A stretch of 64,000 nt of DNA from contig OZ059900.1 of NCBI GenBank assembly GCA_964057225.1, positions 8,060,001-8,124,000 of the forward strand. The letters run 5' to 3'. The position numbers and the translations under genes were made by a program. Each line of letters starts with the position of its first letter. Position 1 is the stretch's first letter. This document shows positions 27,166-38,900 of the stretch, piece after piece. Below the pieces are notes generated by a model that worked only from the letters and a program-made list of their open reading frames with translations, had not been told where the DNA came from and searched no databases. This DNA comes from Auanema rhodensis. Taxonomy: Eukaryota > Animalia > Nematoda.

Positions 27166-27264
27166 AAAACTGTATGTTTTGATCAGACCCTTTGAGATAT
27201 GGATTTGAAATTCAGGATTCATAAACTTTGACTATTTTTACATATATATGTTCAATTTTAACCA
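27166..27264 (+). repeat. 99-bp truncated monomer, copy 10
   Basis: Same junction; 26532->27327 = 795. Confidence 0.95.
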
Positions 27265-30200
27265 AAAACTGTATGTTTTGATCAGAGCCTTTGAGATATG
27301 GATTTGAAATTCAGGATCCATAAACTTTGACTATTTTTACATATATATGTTCAATTTTAACCACTATGGTCAAAAAGGACCGAAAATATCAAGAATTATT
27401 GGTTTTTTGGGGTTTGAAGGGCATTTTGGCAAAATCAGTCAAACTTTTGATCTTAAGCATATTTTTTTCTTCTAAAACGACTAAATGTATGAAATACTGT
27501 CATAGAATGTTCATATAGGTGTATTTTGCACGAATATCAAAACTGATTGAAATATGGGCCTTTTTATGCTCAAAAAGCCATATATTCAACGATTTTGGGT
27601 ACAAAACATGTGAAAACTGTATGTTTTGATCAGACCCTTTGAGATATGGATTTGAAATTCAGGATTCATAAACTTTGACTATTTTTACATATATATGTCC
27701 AATTTCAACCACTTTGGTCAAAAAGGACCGAAAATATCAAGAATTATTGGTTTTTTGGGGTTTGAAGGGCATTTTGGCTAAATCAGTCAAACTTTTGATC
27801 TTAAGCATATTTTTTTCTTCTAAAACGACTAAATGTATGAAATACTGTCATAGAATGTTGATATAGGTGTATTTTGCACGAATATCAAAACTGATTGAAA
27901 TATGGGCCTTTTTATGCTCAAAACGCCATATATTCAACGATTTTGGGTTCAAAACATGTGAAAACTGTATGTTTTGATCAGACCCTTTGAGATATGGATT
28001 TGAAATTCAGGATCCATAAACTTCGACTATTTTTACATATATATGTTCAATTTTAACCACTATGGTCAAAAAGGACCGAAAATATCAAGAATTATTGGTT
28101 TTTTGGGGTTTGAAGGGCATTTTGGCAAAATCAGTCAAACTTTTGATCTTAAGCATATTTTTTTCTTCTAAAACGACTAAATGTATGAAATACTGTCATA
28201 GAATGTTCATATAGGTGTATTTTGCACGAATATCAAAACTGATTGAAATATGGGCCTTTTTATGCTCAAAACGCCATATATTCAACGATTTTGGGTACAA
28301 AACATGTGAAAACTGTATGTTTTGATCAGACCCTTTGAGATATGGATTTGAAATTCAGGATTCATAAACTTTGACTATTTTTACATATATATGTTCAACT
28401 GTAACCACTTTGGTCAAAAAGGACTGAAAATATCAAGAATTATTGGTTTTTTGGGGTTTGAAGGGCATTTTGGCTAAATCAGTCAAACTTTTGATCTTAA
28501 GCATATTTTTTTCTTCTAAAACGACTAAATGTATGGAATACTGTCATAGAATGTTGATATAAGTGTATTTTGCACGAATATCAAAACTGATTGAAATATG
28601 GGCCTTTTTATGCTCAAAAAGCCATATATTCAACGATTTTGGGTACAAAACATGTGAAAACTGTATGTTTTGATCAGACCCTTTGAGATATGGATTTGAA
28701 ATTCAGGATTCATAAACTTTGACTATTTTTACATATATATGTCCAATTTCAACCACTTTGGTCAAAAAGGACCGAAAATATCAAGAATTATTGGTTTTTT
28801 GGGGTTTGAAGGGCATTTTGGCTAAATCAGTCAAACTTTTGATCTTAAGCATATTTTTTTCTTCTAAAACGACTAAATGTATGAAATACTGTCATAGAAT
28901 GTTCATATAGGTGTATTTTGCACGAATATCAAAACTGATTGAAATATGGGCCTTTTTATGCTCAAAACGCCATATATTCAACGATTTTGGGTACAAAACA
29001 TGTGAAAACTGTATGTTTTGATCAGACCCTTTGAGATATGGATTTGAAATTCAGGATTCATAAACTTTGACTATTTTTACATATATATGTTCAATTGTAA
29101 CCACTTTGGTCAAAAAGGACCGAAAATATCAAGAATTATTGGTTTTTTGGGGTTTGAAGGGCATTTTGGCTAAATCAGTCAAACTTTTGATCTTAAGCAT
29201 ATTTTTTTCTTCTAAAACGACTAAATTTATGGAATACTGTCATAGAATGTTGATATAGGTGTATTTTGCACGAATATCAAAACTGATTGAAATATGGGCC
29301 TTTTTATGCTCAAAACGCCATATATTCAACGATTTTGGGTACAAAACATGTGAAAACTGTATGTTTTGATCAGACCCTTTGAGATATGGATTTGAAATTC
29401 AGGATCCATAAACTTTGACTATTTTTACATATATATGTTCAATTGTAACCACTTTGGTCAAAAAGGACCGAAAATATCAAGAATTATTGGTTTTTTGGGG
29501 TTTGAAGGGCATTTTGGCTAAATCAGTCAAACTTTTGATCTTAAGCATATTTTTTTCTTCTAAAACGACTAAATGTATGAAATACTGTCATAGAATGTTC
29601 ATATAGGTGTATTTTGCACGAATATCAAAACTGATTGAAATATGGGCCTTTTTATGCTCAAAACGCCATATATTCAACGATTTTGGGTACAAAACATGTG
29701 AAAACTGTATGTTTTGATCAGACCCTTTGAGATATGGATTTGAAATTCAGGATTCATAAACTTTGACTATTTTTACATATATATGTCCAATTTTAACCAC
29801 TTTGGTCAAAAAGGACCGAAAATATCAAGAATTATTGGTTTTTTGGGGTTTGAAGGGCATTTTGGCTAAATCAGTCAAACTTTTGATCTTAAGCATATTT
29901 TTTTCTTCTAAAACGACTAAATGTATGAAATACTGTCAAAGAATGTTCATATAGGTGTATTTTGCACGAATATCAAAACTGATTGAAATATGGGCCTTTT
30001 TATGCTCAAAACGCCATATATTCAACGATTTTGGGTACAAAACATGTGAAAACTGTATGTTTTGATCAGACCCTTTGAGATATGGATTTAAAATTCAGGA
30101 TTCATAAAATTCGACTATTTTTACATATATATGTCCAATTTTAACCACTTTGGTCAAAAAGGACCGAAAATATCAAGAATTATTGGTTTTTTGGGGTTTG

Positions 30201-30396
30201 AAGGGCATTTTGGCAAAATCAGTCAAACTTTTGATCTTAAGCATATTTTTTTCTTCTAAAACGACTAAATGTATGAAATACTGTCATAGAATGTTCATAT
30301 AGGTGTATTTTGCACGAATATCAAAACTGATTGAAATATGGGCATTTTTATGCTCAAAACGCCATATATTCAACGATTTTGGGTACAAAACATGTG

Positions 30397-30495
30397 AAAA
30401 CTGTATGTTTTGATCAGACCCTTTGAGATATGGATTTGAAATTCAGGATTCATAAACTTTGACTATTTTTACATATATATGTTCAATTTTAACCA
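30397..30495 (+). repeat. 99-bp truncated monomer, copy 11 (last in window)
   Basis: Same junction; 29763->30558 = 795; no later spacing includes +99. Confidence 0.95.
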
Positions 30496-33400
30496 AAAAC
30501 TGTATGTTTTGATCAGAGCCTTTGAGATATGGATTTGAAATTCAGGATCCATAAACTTTGACTATTTTTACATATATATGTTCAATTTTAACCACTATGG
30601 TCAAAAAGGACCGAAAATATCAAGAATTATTGGTTTTTTGGGGTTTGAAGGGCATTTTGGCAAAATCAGTCAAACTTTTGATCTTAAGCATATTTTTTTC
30701 TTCTAAAACGACTAAATGTATGAAATACTGTCATAGAATGTTCATATAGGTGTATTTTGCACGAATATCAAAACTGATTGAAATATGGGCCTTTTTATGC
30801 TCAAAAAGCCATATATTCAACGATTTTGGGTACAAAACATGTGAAAACTGTATGTTTTGATCAGACCCTTTGAGATATGGATTTGAAATTCAGGATTCAT
30901 AAACTTTGACTATTTTTACATATATATGTCCAATTTCAACCACTTTGGTCAAAAAGGACCGAAAATATCAAGAATTATTGGTTTTTTGGGGTTTGAAGGG
31001 CATTTTGGCTAAATCAGTCAAACTTTTGATCTTAAGCATATTTTTTTCTTCTAAAACGACTAAATGTATGAAATACTGTCATAGAATGTTGATATAGGTG
31101 TATTTTGCACGAATATCAAAACTGATTGAAATATGGGCCTTTTTATGCTCAAAACGCCATATATTCAACGATTTTGGGTTCAAAACATGTGAAAACTGTA
31201 TGTTTTGATCAGACCCTTTGAGATATGGATTTGAAATTCAGGATCCATAAACTTCGACTATTTTTACATATATATGTTCAATTTTAACCACTATGGTCAA
31301 AAAGGACCGAAAATATCAAGAATTATTGGTTTTTTGGGGTTTGAAGGGCATTTTGGCAAAATCAGTCAAACTTTTGATCTTAAGCATATTTTTTTCTTCT
31401 AAAACGACTAAATGTATGAAATACTGTCATAGAATGTTCATATAGGTGTATTTTGCACGAATATCAAAACTGATTGAAATATGGGCCTTTTTATGCTCAA
31501 AACGCCATATATTCAACGATTTTGGGTACAAAACATGTGAAAACTGTATGTTTTGATCAGACCCTTTGAGATATGGATTTGAAATTCAGGATTCATAAAC
31601 TTTGACTATTTTTACATATATATGTTCAACTGTAACCACTTTGGTCAAAAAGGACTGAAAATATCAAGAATTATTGGTTTTTTGGGGTTTGAAGGGCATT
31701 TTGGCTAAATCAGTCAAACTTTTGATCTTAAGCATATTTTTTTCTTCTAAAACGACTAAATGTATGGAATACTGTCATAGAATGTTGATATAAGTGTATT
31801 TTGCACGAATATCAAAACTGATTGAAATATGGGCCTTTTTATGCTCAAAAAGCCATATATTCAACGATTTTGGGTACAAAACATGTGAAAACTGTATGTT
31901 TTGATCAGACCCTTTGAGATATGGATTTGAAATTCAGGATTCATAAACTTTGACTATTTTTACATATATATGTCCAATTTCAACCACTTTGGTCAAAAAG
32001 GACCGAAAATATCAAGAATTATTGGTTTTTTGGGGTTTGAAGGGCATTTTGGCTAAATCAGTCAAACTTTTGATCTTAAGCATATTTTTTTCTTCTAAAA
32101 CGACTAAATGTATGAAATACTGTCATAGAATGTTCATATAGGTGTATTTTGCACGAATATCAAAACTGATTGAAATATGGGCCTTTTTATGCTCAAAACG
32201 CCATATATTCAACGATTTTGGGTACAAAACATGTGAAAACTGTATGTTTTGATCAGACCCTTTGAGATATGGATTTGAAATTCAGGATTCATAAACTTTG
32301 ACTATTTTTACATATATATGTTCAATTGTAACCACTTTGGTCAAAAAGGACCGAAAATATCAAGAATTATTGGTTTTTTGGGGTTTGAAGGGCATTTTGG
32401 CTAAATCAGTCAAACTTTTGATCTTAAGCATATTTTTTTCTTCTAAAACGACTAAATTTATGGAATACTGTCATAGAATGTTGATATAGGTGTATTTTGC
32501 ACGAATATCAAAACTGATTGAAATATGGGCCTTTTTATGCTCAAAACGCCATATATTCAACGATTTTGGGTACAAAACATGTGAAAACTGTATGTTTTGA
32601 TCAGACCCTTTGAGATATGGATTTGAAATTCAGGATCCATAAACTTTGACTATTTTTACATATATATGTTCAATTGTAACCACTTTGGTCAAAAAGGACC
32701 GAAAATATCAAGAATTATTGGTTTTTTGGGGTTTGAAGGGCATTTTGGCTAAATCAGTCAAACTTTTGATCTTAAGCATATTTTTTTCTTCTAAAACGAC
32801 TAAATGTATGAAATACTGTCATAGAATGTTGATATAGGTGTATTTTGCACGAATATCAAAACTGATTGAAATATGGGCCTTTTTATGCTCAAAACGCCAT
32901 ATATTCAACGATTTTGGGTACAAAACATGTGAAAACTGTATGTTTTGATCAGACCCTTTGAGATATGGATTTGAAATTTAGGATCCATAAACTTTGACTA
33001 TTTTTACATATATATGTTCAATTTTAACCACTATGGTCAAAAAGGACCGAAAATATCAAGAATTATTGGTTTTTTGGGGTTTGAAGGGCATTTTGGCAAA
33101 ATCAGTCAAACTTTTGATCTTAAGCATATTTTTTTCTTCTAAAACGACTAAATGTATGAAATACTGTCATAGAATGTTCATATAGGTGTATTTTGCACGA
33201 ATATCAAAACTGATTGAAATATGGGCCTTTTTATGCTCAAAACGCCATATATTCAACGATTTTGGGTACAAAACATGTGAAAACTGTATGTTTTGATCAG
33301 AGCCTTTGAGATATGGATTTGAAATTCAGGATCCATAAACTTTGACTATTTTTACATATATATGTTCAATTTTAACCACTATGGTCAAAAAGGACCGAAA

Positions 33401-33599
33401 ATATCAAGAATTATTGGTTTTTTGGGGTTTGAAGGGCATTTTGGCAAAATCAGTCAAACTTTTGATCTTAAGCATATTTTTTTCTTCTAAAACGACTAAA
33501 TGTATGAAATACTGTCATAGAATGTTCATATAGGTGTATTTTGCACGAATATCAAAACTGATTGAAATATGGGCCTTTTTATGCTCAAAAAGCCATATA

Positions 33600-35950
33600 T
33601 TCAACGATTTTGGGTACAAAACATGTGAAAACTGTATGTTTTGATCAGACCCTTTGAGATATGGATTTGAAATTCAGGATTCATAAACTTTGACTATTTT
33701 TACATATATATGTCCAATTTCAACCACTTTGGTCAAAAAGGACCGAAAATATCAAGAATTATTGGTTTTTTGGGGTTTGAAGGGCATTTTGGCTAAATCA
33801 GTCAAACTTTTGATCTTAAGCATATTTTTTTCTTCTAAAACGACTAAATGTATGAAATACTGTCATAGAATGTTGATATAGGTGTATTTTGCACGAATAT
33901 CAAAACTGATTGAAATATGGGCCTTTTTATGCTCAAAACGCCATATATTCAACGATTTTGGGTTCAAAACATGTGAAAACTGTATGTTTTGATCAGACAA
34001 TTTGAGATATGGATTTGAAATTCAGGATCCATAAACTTTGACTATTTTTACATATATATGTTCAATTTTAACCACTATGGTCAAAAAGGACCGAAAATAT
34101 CAAGAATTATTGGTTTTTTGGGGTTTGAAGGGCATTTTGGCTAAATCAGTCAAACTTTTGATCTTAAGCATATTTTTTTCTTCTAAAACGACTAAATGTA
34201 TGAAATACTGTCATAGAATGTTGATATAGGTGTATTTTGCACGAATATCAAAACTGATTGAAATATGGGCCTTTTTATGCTCAAAACGCCATATATTCAA
34301 CGATTTTGGGTTCAAAACATGTGAAAACTGTATGTTTTGATCAGACAATTTGAGATATGGATTTGAAATTCAGGATCCATAAACTTTGACTATTTTTACA
34401 TATATATGTTCAATTTTAACCACTATGGTCAAAAAGGACCGAAAATATCAAGAATTATTGGTTTTTTGGGGTTTGAAGGGCATTTTGGCAAAATCAGTCA
34501 AACTTTTGATCTTAAGCATATTTTTTTCTTCTAAAACGACTAAATGTATGAAATACTGTCATAGAATGTTGATATAGGTGTATTTTGCACGAATATCAAA
34601 ACTGATTGAAATATGGGCCTTTTTATGCTCAAAAAGCCATATATTCAACGATTTTGGGTACAAAACATGTGAAAACTGTATGTTTTGATCAGACCCTTTG
34701 AGATATGGATTTGAAATTCAGGATTCATAAACTTTGACTATTTTTACATATATATGTCCAATTTCAACCACTTTGGTCAAAAAGGACCGAAAATATCAAG
34801 AATTATTGGTTTTTTGGGGTTTGAAGGGCATTTTGGCTAAATCAGTCAAACTTTTGATCTTAAGCATATTTGTTTCTTCTAAAACGACTAAATGTATGAA
34901 ATACTGTCATAGAATGTTGATATAGGTGTATTTTGCACGAATATCAAAACTGATTGAAATATGGGCCTTTTTATGCTCAAAACGCCATATATTCAACGAT
35001 TTTGGGTTCAAAACATGTGAAAACTGTATGTTTTGATCAGACAATTTGAGATATGGATTTGAATTTCAGGATCCATAAACTTTGACTATTTTTACATATA
35101 TATGTTCAATTTTAACCACTATGGTCAAAAAGGACCGAAAATATCAAGAATTATTGGTTTTTTGGGGTTTGAAGGGCATTTTGGCAAAATCAGTCAAACT
35201 TTTGATCTTAAGCATATTTTTTTCTTCTAAAACGACTAAATGTATGAAATACTGTCATAGAATGTTGATATAGGTGTATTTTGCACGAATATCAAAACTG
35301 ATTGAAATATGGGCCTTTTTATGCTCAAAACGCCATATATTCAACGATTTTGGGTTCAAAACATGTGAAAACTGTATGTTTTGATCAGACAATTTGAGAT
35401 ATGGATTTGAAATTCAGGATCCATAAACTTTGACTATTTTTACATATATATGTTCAATTTTAACCACTATGGTCAAAAAGGACCGAAAATATCAAGAATT
35501 ATTGGTTTTTTGGGGTTTGAAGGGCATTTTGGCAAAATCAGTCAAACTTTTGATCTTAAGCATATTTTTTTCTTCTAAAACGACTAAATGTATGAAATAC
35601 TGTCATAGAATGTTGATATAGGTGTATTTTGCACGAATATCAAAACTGATTGAAATATGGGCCTTTTTATGCTCAAAAAGCCATATATTCAACGATTTTG
35701 GGTACAAAACATGTGAAAACTGTATGTTTTGATCAGACCCTTTGAGATATGGATTTGAAATTCAGGATTCATAAACTTTGACTATTTTTACATATATATG
35801 TCCAATTTCAACCACTTTGGTCAAAAAGGACCGAAAATATCAAGAATTATTGGTTTTTTGGGGTTTGAAGGGCATTTTGGCTAAATCAGTCAAACTTTTG
35901 ATCTTAAGCATATTTTTTTCTTCTAAAACGACTAAATGTATGAAATACTG
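33600..35950 (+). repeat. Trimer (1044 bp) duplication marked by the CAGACAATTT variant
   Basis: CC->AA variant at 33999, 34347, 35043, 35391 (pairs 1044 apart); CCAATTTCAACC monomers at 33690, 34734, 35778. Boundaries approximate. Confidence 0.8.
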
Positions 35951-38900
35951 TCATAGAATGCTCATATAGGTGTATTTTGCACGAATATCAAAACTGATTG
36001 AAATATGGGCCTTTTTATGCTCAAAACGCCATATATTCAACGATTTTGGGTTCAAAACATGTGAAAACTGTATGTTTTGATCAGACCCTTTGAGATATGG
36101 ATTTGAAATTCAGGATCCATAAACTTTGACTATTTTTACATATATATGTTCAATTTTAACCACTATGGTCAAAAAGGACCGAAAATATCAAGAATTATTG
36201 GTTTTTTGGGGTTTGAAGGGCATTTTGGCAAAATCAGTCAAACTTTTGATCTTAAGCATATTTTTTTCTTCTAAAACGACTAAATGTATGAAATACTGTC
36301 ATAGAATGTTCATATAGGTGTATTTTGCACGAATATCAAAACTGATTGAAATATGGGCCTTTTTATGCTCAAAACGCCATATATTCAACGATTTTGGGTA
36401 CAAAACATGTGAAAACTGTATGTTTTGATCAGACCCTTTGAGATATGGATTTGAAATTCAGGATTCATAAACTTTGACTATTTTTACATATATATGTTCA
36501 ACTGTAACCACTTTGGTCAAAAAGGACTGAAAATATCAAGAATTATTGGTTTTTTGGGGTTTGAAGGGCATTTTGGCTAAATCAGTCAAACTTTTGATCT
36601 TAAGCATATTTTTTTCTTCTAAAACGACTAAATGTATGGAATATTGTCATAGAATGTTGATATAAGTGTATTTTGCACGAATATCAAAACTGATTGAAAT
36701 ATGGGCCTTTTTATGCTCAAAAAGCCATATATTCAACGATTTTGGGTACAAAACATGTGAAAACTGTATGTTTTGATCAGACCCTTTGAGATATGGATTT
36801 GAAATTCAGGATTCATAAACTTTGACTATTTTTACATATATATGTCCAATTTCAACCACTTTGGTCAAAAAGGACCGAAAATATCAAGAATTATTGGTTT
36901 TTTGGGGTTTGAAGGGCATTTTGGCTAAATCAGTCAAACTTTTGATCTTAAGCATATTTTTTTCTTCTAAAACGACTAATGGTATGAAATACTGTCATAG
37001 AATGTTCATATAGGTGTATTTTGCACGAATATCAAAACTGATTGAAATATGGGCCTTTTTATGCTCAAAACGCCATATATTCAACGATTTTGGGTACAAA
37101 ACATGTGAAAACTGTATGTTTTGATCAGACCCTTTGAGATATGGATTTGAAATTCAGGATTCATAAACTTTGACTATTTTTACATATATATGTTCAATTG
37201 TAACCACTTTGGTCAAAAAGGACCGAAAATATCAAGAATTATTGGTTTTTTGGGGTTTGAAGGGCATTTTGGCTAAATCAGTCAAACTTTTGATCTTAAG
37301 CATATTTTTTTCTTCTAAAACGACTAAATGTATGAAATACTGTCATAGAATGTTGATATAGGTGTATTTTGCACGAATATCAAAACTGATTGAAATATGG
37401 GCCTTTTTATGCTCAAAACGCCATATATTCAACGATTTTGGGTACAAAACATGTGAAAACTGTATGTTTTGATCAGACCCTTTGAGATATGGATTTGAAA
37501 TTTAGGATCCATAAACTTTGACTATTTTTACATATATATGTTCAATTTTAACCACTATGGTCAAAAAGGACCGAAAATATCAAGAATTATTGGTTTTTTG
37601 GGGTTTGAAGGGCATTTTGGCAAAATCAGTCAAACTTTTGATCTTAAGCATATTTTTTTCTTCTAAAACGACTAAATGTATGAAATACTGTCATAGAATG
37701 TTCATATAGGTGTATTTTGCACGAATATCAAAACTGATTGAAATATGGGCCTTTTTATGCTCAAAACGCCATATATTCAACGATTTTGGGTACAAAACAT
37801 GTGAAAACTGTATGTTTTGATCAGAGCCTTTGAGATATGGATTTGAAATTCAGGATCCATAAACTTTGACTATTTTTACATATATATGTTCAATTTTAAC
37901 CACTATGGTCAAAAAGGACCGAAAATATCAAGAATTATTGGTTTTTTGGTGTTTGAAGGGCATTTTGGCAAAATCAGTCAAACTTTTGATCTTAAGCATA
38001 TTTTTTTCTTCTAAAACGACTAAATGTATGAAATACTGTCATAGAATGTTCATATAGGTGTATTTTGCACGAATATCAAAACTGATTGAAATATGGGCCT
38101 TTTTATGCTCAAAACGCCATATATTCAACGATTTTGGGTACAAAACATGTGAAAACTGTATGTTTTGATCAGACCCTTTGAGATATGGATTTGAAATTCA
38201 GGACTCATAAACTTTGACTATTTTTACATATATATGTCCAATTTCAACCACTTTGGTCAAAAAGGACCGAAAATATCAAGAATTATTGGTTTTTTGGGGT
38301 TTGAAGGGCATTTTGGCTGAGTCAGTCAAACTTTTGATCTTAAGCATATTTTTTTCTTCTAAAACGACTAAATGTATGAAATACTGTCATAGAATGTTCA
38401 TAAAGGTGTATTTTGCACGAATATCAAAACTGATTGAAATATGGGCCTTTTTATGCTCAAAACGCCATATATTCAACGATTTTGGGTACAAAACATGTGA
38501 AAACTGTATGTTTTGATCAGAGCCTTTGAGATATGGATTTGAAATTCAGGATCCATAAACTTTGACTATTTTTACATATATATGTTCAATTTCAACCACT
38601 ATGGTCAAAAAGGACCGAAAATATCAAGAATTATTGGTTTTCTGGGGTTTGAAGGGCATTTTGGCAAAATCAGTCAAACTTTTGATCTTAAGCATATTTT
38701 TTTCTTCTAAAACGACTAAATGTATGAAATACTGTCATAGAATGTTCATATAGGTGTATTTTGCACGAATATCAAAACTGATGGAAATATGGGCCTTTTT
38801 ATGCTCAAAACGCCATATATTCAACGATTTTGGGTACAAAACATGTGAAAACTGTATGTTTTGATCAGACCCTTTGAGATATGGATTTGAAATTCAGGAC

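Larger units (their letters stand above)
16174..27207 (+). repeat. Tandem duplication, unit 5517 bp (15 monomers + 3x99 bp), 2 copies
   Basis: Private variants recur at +5517: GGTGAATTTT (~16389/21906), TTGGAGGGC (monomers 17784/23301), ACCGCTATGG (18480/23997), CATATTTATG (~20238/25755). Confidence 0.92.
26289..32830 (+). repeat. Tandem duplication, unit 3231 bp (9 monomers + 99 bp), 2 copies
   Basis: AAATTTATGGAAT in monomers 29067/32298; GATCCATAAACTTCG at ~28011/31242; identical monomer order 26532-29415 vs 29763-32646. Confidence 0.9.

Noticed and set aside
38214-38516. 100-aa ORF
   Set aside because: A singleton TAG->AAG substitution reads through into ordinary monomer sequence.
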